Below are positions 38,781-52,607 of a stretch of 64,000 nucleotides of DNA, in pieces. Every line of letters starts with the position of its first letter. Position 1 is the stretch's first letter. A program made the position numbers and the translations under genes. The stretch lies in assembly GCF_000181795.1 (NCBI RefSeq), contig NW_003526941.1, forward strand, positions 3,437,689-3,501,688, in the 5' to 3' direction. The notes under the pieces were generated by a model. The model did not search any database. It was given only the letters and a program-made list of their open reading frames with translations, and was not told the DNA's origin. Source of the DNA: Trichinella spiralis. Taxonomy: Eukaryota.

Positions 38781-39278
38781 AAGATTAGAAAAAAATTTTC
38801 CAAAATTAGCAAATAAACATCCCACGTTGCACATTACAAGAAGAAGCATATTATAATGGCTGTTCAGCTTTTGCTCAAGTGATATATTTATTACTCATAT
38901 ACTTATTTATGCTTTGACGTGGAAATTTTTTTTTCGTTGTTTTCTACTTTGGTCACTTTTTGCAAGTTCAAATTTTCATACTGTTTCTTCAATTCTTTTT
39001 TCATGTAAAAGTTTAAAATTTAAAACCTTTGGGAAATTTCCAGCTACTTAAAAATGTCACGTACAGTAATTTGCTTGTCATGTGTCGTGCCGGTGATGAA
39101 TTGTGTTCATTTTCAATTTTTTGTTTTTCTATTTTATTTAAATAAACTGAAATTAAAATTATTGTTCAGTGTCAAAGATATGAATTTTTTTAGTACAATT
39201 TGCTACGAGAATCGATAAAGTTTTTTTGCATATTTTTATACCATGAATTTTTATTTTACACACACTACTATGACAGAA

Positions 39279-39956
39279 TTAAAAAATATTTATGAAGGCA
39301 AAATTTGAATAATCGTCATCGAAGCGATTGCGTCGTAAATATCGATTCGAACGATACCAGCCACTTACACAACAGACACCATTGATGCACTGTCGGCCAC
39401 CTGGGCACATTCCTCTTCTGCAAAAGCTGTAAGATCTGCTTCCATCAGGGCAATAGCCAAAATTCTGATTGACTACAATGTATATATATATACCATTAGT
39501 ATGTTAAATTGACACTTTGTAAAAAAGTAAAAGTTTATTTTTTATATTAGCGTGATTTTTTGTGAATTTTTTTGAACAGTTTTCAAATGCTTACTTGGAT
39601 TCCCACATGTTGGACATATATTTCCATGCCAGTAATTGTCGTTATTGTACCAGAAATTTCTTCTGTAGCCTCTTCCCCTGCCAGGTTCAATGCAACACCA
39701 TCCCATGTAGCAATAATATCCAGTAGAACAGCGCCCACGCGGACAATGCTGAATTGGATAACTGTTGTCAGGACAGCGGACTGAAAATGTACCGTTACAA
39801 TGTAGAAAAAAGTTACAATTCCTCAATGACAGAAAAATAGTTTTATGTATTTTTTGCATAATGTTACCTGATTTTGTTTTTGAAATATTTTCTACAGTAA
39901 TACTTACATGCGTGAGTGTCAATAAATAGGAAGACAACTACGAAATAAAGGAACAT
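39279..39956 (-). CDS. Secreted Cys-rich protein with two CC-type modules (3 exons); paralogue of 29770-30627
   Basis: Signal peptide MFLYFVVVFLFIDTHA. Modules CPDNSYPIQHCPRGRCSTGYYCYMGWCC and CPDGSRSYSFCRRGMCPGGRQCINGVCC. Confidence 0.85.
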
Positions 39957-41208
39957 TTTCAAATGCTGTCCAAATGATAAATCAAGGTAATAATAATTTC
40001 TTATATATTAACAAGTTCAAAATTGTACGAACTTTTATAGCTGTTTTCTGTTCATTCTTATATTTGATGTTTTGTCTGTTTATCGTGTATTGATCAATTT
40101 GTCTGGTTTCTGGTAATTTTAAATTTTTAATTGCTTTCACTTTTCTCAACTTTCTTCTCTACAACTCGTCAAACTTGACCTGTCTGAATTTGACAGTTAA
40201 ACCAAAGGTGTAAATAAATATTTTGCGAGGGCGTAACATACTATTGTTGATTATTCAATTGTTGACTGCTAACCACACTGACTGCTTGGAAACAATCACC
40301 AAATAGTCGATCTAATTGAATTAGATAATCCCAATTGATGGTCAATAGAAACTTAGTTGATGAAAATTTGCATTGAATTCAATTTAGAATTATACAAATA
40401 CTTTTGTGTTGAATAATTATTTAATGACAATATTTCAGCACAACAAATAGTTTTTCTGAAACAAAAGTAGAAGAAAAAACCCATATGCTAATAATTGTGG
40501 CAATTGTAAAGCTCATAATGCAGAAGAATGGTTTATTCTTTCGTGGGTATTTACGCGGAAAGCAATTTTTACGATTCAAATATAACCAGATAAGGATGGT
40601 GTTGTTAAGCATTACAATTTTGAAATGGAAACTCTCCTGTATGAAATTGAGTTTTTTTGGCACTGTGGAGCAACTGAAGTGAAATTTTTTTTTATATTCA
40701 AATCTGCATCGCGGAAGGTGGTTTATTCATTTTTTATTTTAATGATAGTATTTCGAAAAAAATAATTCTTTTTGTTTTTGCTACTCTAAGCGCATTTTTA
40801 TCAGAGTTTCAGAGCAAAGTAGAAATCAATTTGAGCGTGGTTGTTGTGCGTAGGGACGAGTGTGAACTTTGCTCAGTTCATTATCGAACGAATTTATTAA
40901 TTGTTCGCCTAGAACTAGTCCTTAAGTATGATAATTTGATTCTTATCTCCTTGATATTATCAAAATCGATGCGTTGGCTGATTGATTGTACTGTTTTCAA
41001 TATTTATTAAAACATTATTATTTATTGTTTGCTGATCAGATTTATTTTATTACAGAACATTTAATGTTAGTTCACATATATGACATGCAAATAATAATCC
41101 ATTAATCAACAGCATAATTAATTCATTTAAATTTACTTTTACTGAAATCATTTGAATTTTGAATCTTTTTAAATCTGTTTTACCAATTTGTATATGTAGT
41201 TTTGATAA

Positions 41209-42989
41209 TTAGTGTTCTGCATCTTCGTCCAAAAATTCCATCGCATCATAGTAAGCAGAAGTAATTCTATCCATGATTTCGTTGAACTGGTCTAAATTGT
41301 CATTTTTATGTTTGACAATAATTGCAGACAGATTTAAAAGCAAAACTACTCTAAATAGAAAAATTTGCTTATAAGCATGCCAAAGTGTTTCATAATCTGG
41401 TATGATCTGGTGCAAAGTTTTCGGTAGTTTCGCTGTTAAACAATTGAGATAATACTGAATTATATTTTTCTCATGTTCCCTGCGAATAGTGCTCGAAGTA
41501 GATATTACTAACAAGCTGCATATATCGTCGATCATTGAACCCACTTCCGCCGTTTGCCAGTCAATAATTGCGGCTATTCTACTGCTTGCGGTTCCATCAG
41601 AACGTTTTTTGAAAAAAATGTTGTTTGCTTTGAAATCTCCATGAACAAGTACTTTGGGCGTGGTGTTCATTAAATGTTCTTTTCGTTTTGTCAAATTATC
41701 TATGTGCATGTAATGACAAATTCGTTCTACATCCATGAATCCAAATTCTTCAGGATAATCATTGACAAAATTTTGTAAACCACCCATCAAGGCATATTTA
41801 TCGGTTGTATCTTTTAGTCGATTAAGAAGTGCAGGGCATTTTGATTTCCAGTCAACTGATGTTGTTAAACTCCAAACGTGCAAGTCAACTAGCAATGAAA
41901 TCAAATTGAAAATTTCATCAAGGTTCAATATTGTAGAAAAGTCTTCTGATATACCATTTAATGACATGTCTTCAAAAATAAGTATTCCTAAAATGTAGAA
42001 TATTTGAAAATAGTGATTTTGCTCGATTCTAACGAAAATTAAAAAGAAAGAATTTTATGAAATTATTTTTATACTTCGGAAGTTCGTTATTAAATATTCT
42101 TTTTGGTTATGAGAAATAACCTAACTTCACTTATGTTCATACTGTGGAGGAAGGATAAAATTGCGCAATGAAATCTAATTTGTTATCAGTTGAGTTTGTA
42201 TACGCTGTGTTTTTGGCAGTACAAAATGTAAATGATGAAAACAAATATTAAATGTTTTATTAGAATAAATAAGTTTTGGAATACTGAATTTACTTCACGA
42301 AAATCATTGCTTCTTCCTGTAGACAATGATTTATTTTTTCCTTAACTAGTTCATCTTATAAATCTTACATTTTATGTTTAATTGTAGTTCATAATGAGAA
42401 TTCAGTAATATATTAGTGCAAGTTGACTGACTAATGAAGTATTTTTTATTATCATTACGTAGACATTTTCTAGCATTAATTCTTATTTGTGACTTATAAC
42501 AACAGAAACAGTAATAATGAAAATGATGATGTGGCATACAGTATTGTGCAATATGAAATTGAAATAAAGTTTGAAATTACCTGAATTTTCACCATTTGAC
42601 TTTTCCGCATAATAGCACCGCATTAGTGGAAGTGGTGGATTTTTTAGACTTTCGAAAATATCGTAAATGTCACATTCCACATTGTGACTAGCTTTGATAA
42701 ATTCTATTGTTTGATCGATCCTTTTATTTTTATTGTTTTGAAAGAGTTTAACTACGTCGGAGAAATCTTTTAGGCGTGGTAATTTTAATACAACAGAATT
42801 TGGTAGAACAGTTTCGTCATTGCAAGACCAAATCAGATTGACACGATAAATTCGTGAAAGTTGTCCCATACCGTCGGCAATTAATTTACAATCAACAGAT
42901 TCCAATACAGCTTTGGTAAGTAGGCGTTTCTTTAATTTTGTTTCGATAAAATTTTTCACATTACATATATTGGCGTTTAAGTAATCCAT
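41209..42989 (-). CDS. Choline/ecdysteroid kinase-like (CHK/EcKL) small-molecule kinase, 2 exons (intron 41988-42580)
   Basis: GMGQLSRIYRV...PNSVVLKLP, HNVECDIY, ILIFEDM, Brenner-type VLVHGDFKANNIFF and AIIDWQ. The spliced product is 395 aa. Confidence 0.88.
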
Positions 42990-43060
42990 TTGATTTTAAA
43001 GTTGAAAATGTATTTCTGATAATTTGAATGCTGTTTATTTTGATTTACACACACACACAC

Positions 43061-43092
<32 letters not shown>

Positions 43093-44630
43093 ATTTCAGT
43101 TTCCTATTCAAGTAATATTTAAATACTGTCGCATTTATTTAAACCAGTTGATAGCAAATGCTCTAATTTTTATTTTGAATAGATGTTTTTTTATAAATGA
43201 AAAATTTATTATTAATAGAAAAAGAGAATAAAAGCCTTAGCACTAACGAATTATCGAATTATTTATTATTAAATTCATTGTTCCATATTTGAAAGTACAC
43301 GACTGCTTTCACGTGATTTCGAAAAAACCATTCAATATAACAAAAGTTTTAACAAAAATACAGGTAATGCTTTTCTGAAAAATTGGCATATATCAATTCC
43401 AGTTTTAAAATATATTTTAATTTGTTAGTTGGAAGCAGTTGCCTACAGTAGTGAATCTAGAAATTTTATTTTTTATTGCATAGAAAAAATAAAAATATTG
43501 CTGATAGTCCATACAGTCAAATTTGTTAAATTTGAATAATGTTGTTGTACTGGTTTATTTTATCCTTATGTTTAACTGACAATCTATATAACTGACAACT
43601 TGACAATTTAGTTGACGGTGGTTCTGAAGTTGATGGAAAACCGTGATTATAGATCTGAGCAATAATTCTCTGTCGATCAGTTATTGCATTAGTTGATCAT
43701 TATCATTATCATTATCATTAATAATATTTTAATAAATTTTGTAAATTATAAATTAGAATAATTGAAGTGAATTCATCGGAAACGAAACGATCCTTTGTTA
43801 GTCATTTGTTGAACAGTATCGAAATTAAATTGCTCATTCACAGTTTTGAGAGGCACATTTTCATTTTGACCAATGCATTCTTGAATCATAGCTACTGCAC
43901 TTGCAAGGCTAGAAATTCACCAACTAGAAAGTAAGAAGTAGTTAATAAGTAATTAGTTAGTATAGTAGTAGTTAGTAATAAGTCGTAGTAAGTAGTTAAA
44001 AGCAAACCAAGAAGTAGTTAAAGCAGGTGCTCTAGCAGTTTATTTTTATTTTTAAAAGTACAGTAGAAATTAAAACTTCTCTATCAATCTAACAATAAGA
44101 ATAATAGAAATATCAAGTCATTGAAAACGACAGTTCATAGCAAATTGACTTGCATTTTTTATATTGTAAAAGTATTTTAAATTACTACATTTTGTTTAAA
44201 TAAAAATTGAACACTTTTCAAAATTTAATCTACATTTTTTGTTGTTATTTGAAAGTGAAAATGCAAAGAAGATCAATTTTGTGCAATAAATTGTTTTCTT
44301 TTTCAAGTTTTAAATATGGATCTCAGATATAAGTGATAAAACCCACCTGTCTGAATTTTTTTTCCGATTGTTATTTTATAAATTATGTATGTGCTGTTGA
44401 ATGTGGCGAGAATATTAATGAAGCTTTTGCAGTTTAATTTTAAAAAATTCCTTTTAATTTATAAATTTACAAGAAATGTTAATGAAAATGACATTTGAAT
44501 GCCTGTAACATTGATTTAATTCAATGGAAATAGAATTTGTATTGTATTCTTTTTATTGTAAATGAAGTTTTTGTACGATGAAATGCTGTTGATATGTTTT
44601 ATTCTTGTAGTTTTATTTTGAAGAATAATT

Positions 44631-47600
44631 ATGCTGTTTTTTCCGGTATTATTGTTTGAAATTGTTAATTTGCATCATGTGGGATGCATTCTTTATCCAT
44701 ATCCAACAGAAACTCGGCAAGTGCAAAATTTGGATGGATTGTGGTGGTTTGTAGCAGAAGAGAGAAATAGTATTGGCTATGGACTGTTGAATAAATGGTT
44801 TGAGCTAGATTTGTCACTATTTCGAGTGAGACGTTTAACAATTATCAAATAAGAAAATATAATTCCATAAATTGTAAGTTGTAATCTTCTGAAAAACGGA
44901 ATTCAATTAGATGTTCACAAATGTTATGCGTTAATGACTTTTTGCTGTGCTCTAATATGCTTTTTTACATTTAAAATTAGGATGACATTTTTGCAGATAA
45001 TTTGAAATTACAAAAAGTGTCGTTTATCTTATTTGTAATTTAATTTTTCTTTTTCATGCAGAATGCTAGCCGCATTGCGGTTCCAGCAAGTTATAACGAT
45101 CAAGTCGAAAATGGCACATTTAGAAGACATGTTGGGTACGTGTGGTACCAAAGGTCCTTTTTTATCGATGCTAATTGGGAAAAGCAGGAGAAAGAACTGC
45201 TTTTGAGATTTGGAAGTGTCAACTATGATGCGGAAGTGGTAAGATTCAAAAATATCTTTTGTAATTCTTTTTTAATAAATATACAAAAATTAAACTGCAG
45301 TTTATTTGAGATATATTCTACATCTGGTAGTTTATGATGTATTTTTCAATTGAAAACTTTTTGACGAATGTTTTAATTAAAGATTCTTTGTGTTAATTTT
45401 TCTTCTTCTTAAATTGCTGACACAACGTAAGTACATTATTTTATCAGCATTATTTGTTTTTCGATTATATTATCTAATTATTATTGGACTTATATGTTGA
45501 AGTATTTTAGTGGATCAACGGTGTTTCAGTTGTGCATCATATTGGAGGACATTTGCCATTTGAAGTTAGCATCAAGAAGCACGTTTGTTCCTGGAAAGTA
45601 AACGTGATCACAGTTGCAGTGAATAATACACTAAGCTATTGGACAATTCCTCAGGCGGAATTTTCTTACAAGAACAATTCAAACTTGTGAGTACATTTTT
45701 CATTTTTTCCAAGAGCAGATCTGGTTACATTCACCATATTCACTAATTATTTGTTTGCTTTTATTGTTTATTCAAAAATTGCAAGAACTGGGCTATTTAC
45801 TATTTGCAACAAGTATATTATAATGCTTGATAATGCTAATAGTGTATTATTTGCAGATTTGTTAAAAGCATTTTTTTATTTATATTTATAAATTTATTCG
45901 ATAATTTTAATAGCCGAAGAATTACAGATATCCAGAAGGATATTTCGAGCAAAAAATGCTTTTCGATTTCTTCAACTATGCCGGCATACATCGTTCTGTT
46001 ATACTTTACATTGTGCCTTGTCAGTACATCCGCAATATTGCAATCCGCACAAATTTTGAAGGAACAACAGGTTGAATCTTCTGTTCATTGTTTATTTTCT
46101 ATTTTATGCTATTTATAGGATATGTTAACTATTCAATTGATACGATGATTGGTGTTGCAAATTCGGCAAATCTGTTATCAGTTGATGTTAGTATAAGTTC
46201 CTATTTTGGTGACATTGTCGCCCGTGGCTTCAACTTTCGTGGAACTCTGCAAGTGCAGAATGTGATTCTTTGGTGGCCTCGTTTTATGTCATCTTATGCT
46301 GGCTATTTGTATACTTTAACGGTTTGGTTTTTGAAATTCATAAATGATTTAGCCATTGATGTAAAATCAGTGCTTTAGGTGATTTTGCGTTATAATGGAT
46401 CAGTGGCTGATATTTATCGAATTCCTTTTGGTATACGTACAGTTGAAGTCAGTGGATCGAAATTTCTTATCAACCATAAACCGTTTTACTTTTTCGGCTT
46501 TGGAATGCATGAAGATTCAGAGGTTACATTTTCTTTATCATATTATAAATTATTATTATGCACTAATTGTTTATTCGTCTTAGAATATATTTAATTCTGT
46601 TTTGATGAATATTGTAATAAATGGTGTTCCAGATTAAAGGAAGAGGTTATGATGCTTCTGTTATGGTGAAAGATTTTAATTTATTGTTGTGGAGTCACGC
46701 TAATTCTTTTCGTACGTCCCACTACCCGTACAGTGAGGAACGAATGCAAGAGGCAGATCGACTTGGTCTTGTTGTAGTAGAGGAAGTTCCTGCCGTTGGT
46801 TTAAGGTAATGTTTCAGTTTTATTTTCATTAATATTTATTTTTCTTTTTATCATTTTCATTTGTAATTTTGGGGTGAAGCATCAGTTCAAGGAAAAGTTT
46901 TTATTAAGCTGTCTTCACTGTAGAATAGAGTGAAGAGGATTTTTTTTTTGAATCTTTCAGATACTTTGATAAAGGTGTTCTTGAACTTCATCGTCAGATT
47001 TTGCAAGAGACTGTCGAAAGAGATGAAAACCATCCGGCAAGAATTTTTCAAATTATTACAATTTTCAAATCAACTTCCACATGTTATCTTTTCCCGTCTT
47101 TTAGTCAGTTGTCATGTGGTCGTTAGCTAATGAGCCATCTATAAAAAGCGCTGCAGCTGTTAATCATTTCATGTGTGAATTTGATTTTATCGGTATTTGA
47201 TCATGATTTTGTTTGAAATTTCATTTTTCTTTGTTTTAGAGAGCTGATTAATTTTGCTAAAACATTGGACACAACTAGACCCGTTACAATTGTTTACGGA
47301 CAATCGGAATGGTATTCAGAAGAGACAGGTCGTATTTGTGTCTGAATTCTTTTAAATTTCATTAAGCATTGCTTATTTCGAAAGTAATCCAATTCTGTTA
47401 CATGCATGCATTGAAAATTGTAAAATTATAATTGAAAATTATAGTTTATTTGATGCGAAGAAAAAAATGAAAAACATTTTGTTGTTAATCAATGAGCACT
47501 TTTGAAATTATCGTTAATTGAACTTATGCAAAAGTTTTCAGATTAATAAAGCATTGAATAATTTTAGGCCAAGTATGTCGATGTTTTATGCTTGAACAGA

Positions 47601-48357
47601 TATTACGGTTGGTATAGGGCAACATCTGAACCTAACTTGATACAAAAGCAGCTTAGTTTCGAATTGAAAAAATGGTACGAAACTTTTTCTCGTCCAATTC
47701 TAATGACGGAATACGGTGCTGAGGCAATTGATGGTCTTTCTCACGTATGTGGATTTTAAAGTGCATTCGCCAATATCGACAATGTCGATTATTAAATATT
47801 TTGTGATTTGATAAGTTTATTTAGTTGAAATTAACGCCTTTTTCTCTTTCAGGAACCTCCTGTTATGTTTTCCATTCAGTATCAACTTGAAATACTTGAA
47901 GCACATCACAGCGTGTTTGATGAATTGAAAGAACAATTTTTAATAGGTGAAATGGTTTGGAATTTTGCCGATTTTATGACAGATGATTGTAAGTTTCTTT
48001 TTTTCCCTGTGTATATTCATAAAATTATCGTTTGTATTTAAAAAATTGCATCAGTTGTTCAAAATAATCACTGTTGTAATTAAAGTGTAGAATTCAATTT
48101 AAAAGGTGATTTTTGAACTTTTATCTTTTATGACATTTTCAACTTTTATAAATGAAAAAATCTTTTTTGCTTTTTTATTCCATTTATTTGGAAATATTTT
48201 AGCATTGACTCGCGTTGTTGGAAATCATAAAGGTGTATTTCATCGAAATCGACAGCCGAAGTTATCAGCTTACCTTATGCAGAAGCGTTACAAGAAATTG
48301 GCAGAAAATCTTTTGAATGTAACGGACGTTATCATCATCGATCAGCAAATTATATGA
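44631..48357 (+). CDS. GUSB: Beta-glucuronidase (glycoside hydrolase family 2), multi-exon
   Basis: [59 protein letters not shown] (acid/base), MTEYGAE (nucleophile), [10 protein letters not shown] and [14 protein letters not shown]. Confidence 0.96.
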
Positions 48358-49029
48358 TAAGTGTAAGATGAAATTTTTATCATTGGCGAACAATGATTGA
48401 TTTCAGTTGTGCGTTGCTCTATTTTTTTTTATTATATACGATGTGATTGAAATATTTCTAGATATTTTTTAATTGCTTTTAACATCTGCAATACTAATTG
48501 TTTTTGTTCTTCAAGTCATCTATTTTAATAATGGAAGGGGTTTTGCTGTTTACTAATTAATTATGTGCAGATTTCAAGAGCATACAATAATGCTTTATTT
48601 AATGTTCTCATTTTGCAAAATTACAGCATTTATTCGATTGTCAGTTTTTGTTTCCAGAAATACACATGTCAGTTGCACGAATGTTAAATTAAATAGACGT
48701 TACATATAATATATGTATATGGCATTTATTTAGACTCGATTGTGTATTATGCAGTGTTTTTAGAGTTGCTGATATGCGCCATTTTCAAATATATATATGT
48801 ATATATATAATTTAGTATATTCACATTGAGAAAACCTTGTTACTCAATTAGCAATAAACAGCATTTGAAATTCATCTAGCAACTGTTTTTTATTTATTAA
48901 TTTTTACTTACTTTTAATGTGAAATCAAATTGAATTTTTGCTTGTTTTCTTGCTGTAATTTGTAGAAATGTTTTTGAAAAATTCTGAATATTATGATATT
49001 ATATTTATTTATCAGTTCATCGTATATGA

Positions 49030-50409
49030 TCATCCACTTTTTTGATTTGAATTACCAGCAGCATTTAAAAATGAAAAAATGTTGTCCCATCCCGGAGGAA
49101 TGTCATTTTTAGCGGGTGGCTTGTTGTTTGGAGTTGTTGGTGAACCTGAACCAGGTTTATTTTTAGGTGAATCTCCATCAGCTCCGGGTGTTGGCGCCTC
49201 ATTTCCAGTGGGTGGGTTTGGTTGATTTTGTTTGTTTCCAGGCATTTGTGGTGCTGCATTAATAGGTGGTGGGTATATTGGATTTTGTGTGCCAGGTGCA
49301 TTTGGTAGTTTGCCATCATCTTTTGGCAGTGATTGGCCATTTTGAACTGGAAGGTTTGGCATATTCCCGAGTTGACCAACGCCTGGATTCATTCCCCCTC
49401 CCACATTGGGGTTAGGTTGCACAGCTCCACCACCCGGAACGCCGGGTTGACCAACGCCTGGATTCATTCCTCCTCCCACATTGGGGTTAGGTTGCACAGC
49501 TCCACCACCCGGAACGCCGGGTTGACCAACGCCTGGATTCATTCCTCCTCCCACATTGGGGTTAGGTTGCACAGCTCCGCCACCCGGAACGGCGGGTTGA
49601 CCAACGCCTGGATTCATTCCTCCTCCCACATTGGGGTTAGGTTGCACAGCTCCTCCACCCGGAACGCCGGGTTGACCGACCCCTGGATTTATGCCTCCTC
49701 CTCCTACGTTACCAATATTTCCTCCAGGCATTGTTGGATATACACCATATCCATACATATATGGTTGATATACACCAGGCATGTAGTAACCACCGTAATA
49801 AGGATATCCGATTCCATAACCGTAACCATATGCATAATCTACTGGAAAATATCCCAGTCCATAATCATATCCTGAAAAAAATTTTGATTCTGTCAATTTA
49901 AAAATTATTTTCAAATACCTAATCATATTTGTAGCGTTTTTTATCAAATGTATAAAAATTTTTTTAATGATTTTAATTTGTAAATATAAATACGAAATCA
50001 TTCTCACCGAATGGATGCAGATATCTTAATTGAATACCATTCTCTGAATCATTGTCTGTAATAAGAAAACTGACTAAGTGATTTTCATTTTAAGTTGCTT
50101 ACTTTCAGTTTTCGTTGTTTTGCTTTTCACACACTTCTGTTGATTGAAATTGAATATTTTTCCTTTAGGGCAGTTTTGTATTTTCCATATTCCACATGTG
50201 CTATCATCAAAAGCTTGATAGCATTTTAAATATTGCTCAGGGTTTCTAGGAATTGCTTGGTATCGATGAGAATTTAATTTGCAAAGCTTTCCCACGTCTG
50301 GTGTTCCTAGTGCAGTGAACTTAGGTAACAGTAAACTAGTGCAGCAGTGAATGATTTTTTTGATAAAGTATTACCATTGTTGCATGCGTTATCTTGTATG
50401 CTTCTTTCT
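49030..50409 (-). CDS. Protein with a chitin-binding (CBM14/peritrophin-A-like) module, a Tyr/Gly-rich segment and Gly/Pro tandem repeats; 5' exon(s) unresolved
   Basis: Exon ...LCKLNSHRYQAIPRNPEQYLKCYQ...CGIWKIQNCPKGKIFNFNQQKCV is spliced to GYDYGLGYFPVDYAYGYGYG... and repeats. A possible signal-peptide exon lies near 51612-51702. Confidence 0.7.
49370..49700 (-). repeat. Coding tandem repeat, 75-bp unit (NPGVGQPGVPGGGAVQPNPNVGGGM), ~4.3 copies
   Basis: GCCTGGATTC recurs at 49381, 49456, 49531 and 49606, with a variant at 49681. Confidence 0.95.
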
Positions 50410-52607
50410 ATAAAAAGCATTCAAATAATTTTTTGCTAACATAGTTTTAAGTGAAAGAATTAATTGAAACTGAATTTTATGAACTATATTCAAGTTTTGT
50501 AAATGGTTCTGTTTTTTGAATTTCAAATATGGATGATTATAGTCATTTATTAAATTATGGTTGAAAGGTAATTGATGAGCTAATTGTAATAAGTAAATAA
50601 ATAATTAATTAATTAAATGAATAGCAGTTTGACTGTGGTGCTGTAGTGCAGTGCAAAATTTTGTTCGCTTTCTTTTATTAACCGAATACGTTTATTCGTT
50701 TTCTACTTTTGCTGTTTTAAAGTGAAGCAACAACCTACAAAAATGTACCTTCTGTCGTGTTTGTCTTAGAAACGCCTTGCTTTTATGCATGAAAATCCAA
50801 TTTGAAGTTTTAGAAATCAATCCATATCAGTTCAACAAATATTTCTAGAAATTGTTATTCAATTCTAAAGTGCATATGTTGCTGTTGTCAAGCGTTTGAT
50901 TTGTTACTGTTATGCTGTTATAATATCAGCTAAATTTCTGAAACATAAATAGAAGAAAGAATCGTAATGTTGATTCAGTATTTAAAAAGTAACACTGGAA
51001 ATATTTTCATTTCTTTTCGTTTTCTTACGATAACTAATATTGCTGAACTGTGCGTTTCCAAAAAATTTTCATTCCTCAGTTTCACACAAATTCAGTGCTG
51101 AAAAAATTATTTCAGACTAATTTTTAAATATAACAGATTTATATTATTTTTATTTATGATGTATTTATAAATAATTTAAATATAAAACTCTGTTAAATTT
51201 AATATTAATTTGTGCTTATTAGAAAACTAACTTTTCAAAAGTTAAAACTACTTTTTCAGCTTATCAAACCATTATATATTGCAACCATTCTGTTATTAAT
51301 TAGTCAGTTATTAAAATCAGTTAGTAATTATTAGCTTGTGGCGTTATTTGTGAAGTTCAGCATACACTCCTAGCAATAATACTTGTAAAGTAAAAAAGAA
51401 TAAAACTGATACAAATGTACTGTCAGTAAGAGGAGAGCAAAGGTATAGCGAACAATTTTAATTATTTGTCACGTCGAATAAATAGAGCAAGTGAAATTTT
51501 CTTAAAATAAAAGCATCTTAAAAATTATATTAATTTCGGAGCGTAATGTCATTGCTCGTGGAAGAGAGGTTAAGAAGAAGTAAGCGAAATGTTGACAAAG
51601 CCGATACATACCTTCCGTAGAAATGAAAATGGAAAAAGCGAACGTAGCATACCATAAGAATAATTTTAAATCATTTCTTAAATTGCCTATTAAAATATAC
51701 ATATTTTCAAGCACACTTGCTAGCTGGCAAACTGTGCAGTGATTCTGTCTGAGATCGTCTGGTGCACGGTTTGGTTGGTCATTTGTGTTGATATTAAGAA
51801 ATAACGAAAATCAGATTGAAGCTGACGTCAGAAATTGTACAATACGAACCTTGAAATGTGTAAAGTGATGTCAATGTGGCGCTTACGTTTACATCTGGTA
51901 TGTATATTTGTGCATCTATTCAATTGGTCTTTGCGTTTAGTTTTCCCTTCTCCTATGTCAATAAATATTACATCAGAGGATTTTATGAAAATCTTCCTCC
52001 AGATTGCAAGCAACACTGCATTCAATTTGAAATTTATCCATCTAAACATTGCTTTCTTTCCTGTTTTTAGTTTTATTAAACTCTTTTCGATCAGATTTGT
52101 ATTGTTTATTTTGTATATAAGTTGCTCATAACTTGTACGCCTATTTGTTTGTCGATTATTGCTAATACTGTTGCATTATAGAAGGAGCATAATGTTTTTA
52201 AACGTTGATTTCTTTTTATTTTGTTTAGTCTTTTTTTAAGTTAAATAACTTTAAACAAATTTATTTGGTCATTGAATTTTTCACGTTCTCTTACTTAACA
52301 TTTTTTAAATCGAATGTTTGATACTAATAATAGGAACTGCATTTGTTTACTTTGATATATACAGCATTTTTGTTTTCAGTTGCCAATTATGTTCACTTTT
52401 ACAAAAAAATAATGCTATTTAGGTTAAATTTATTTACTTAAAAGCTCACCAACGTATACTGGAATTGAAACGCATTTTCAAAGAATAAATTTACTCTGAA
52501 TTTTTCTCAACAACATTTTCAGTCTTCATTCAAACGGGTTCAGGCGTTCAGCACTTTCTGAATAATTGCGTTGTTTTCCATTCCAATTGCAAAGCCATAC
52601 AATTCAT

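Noticed and set aside
43928..44025. TAG/AGT-rich stretch as a structured repeat
   Set aside because: Short, irregular low-complexity sequence with no stable unit.
49333..49875. Plus-strand 180-aa repetitive ORF
   Set aside because: Antisense shadow of the 75-bp coding repeat.
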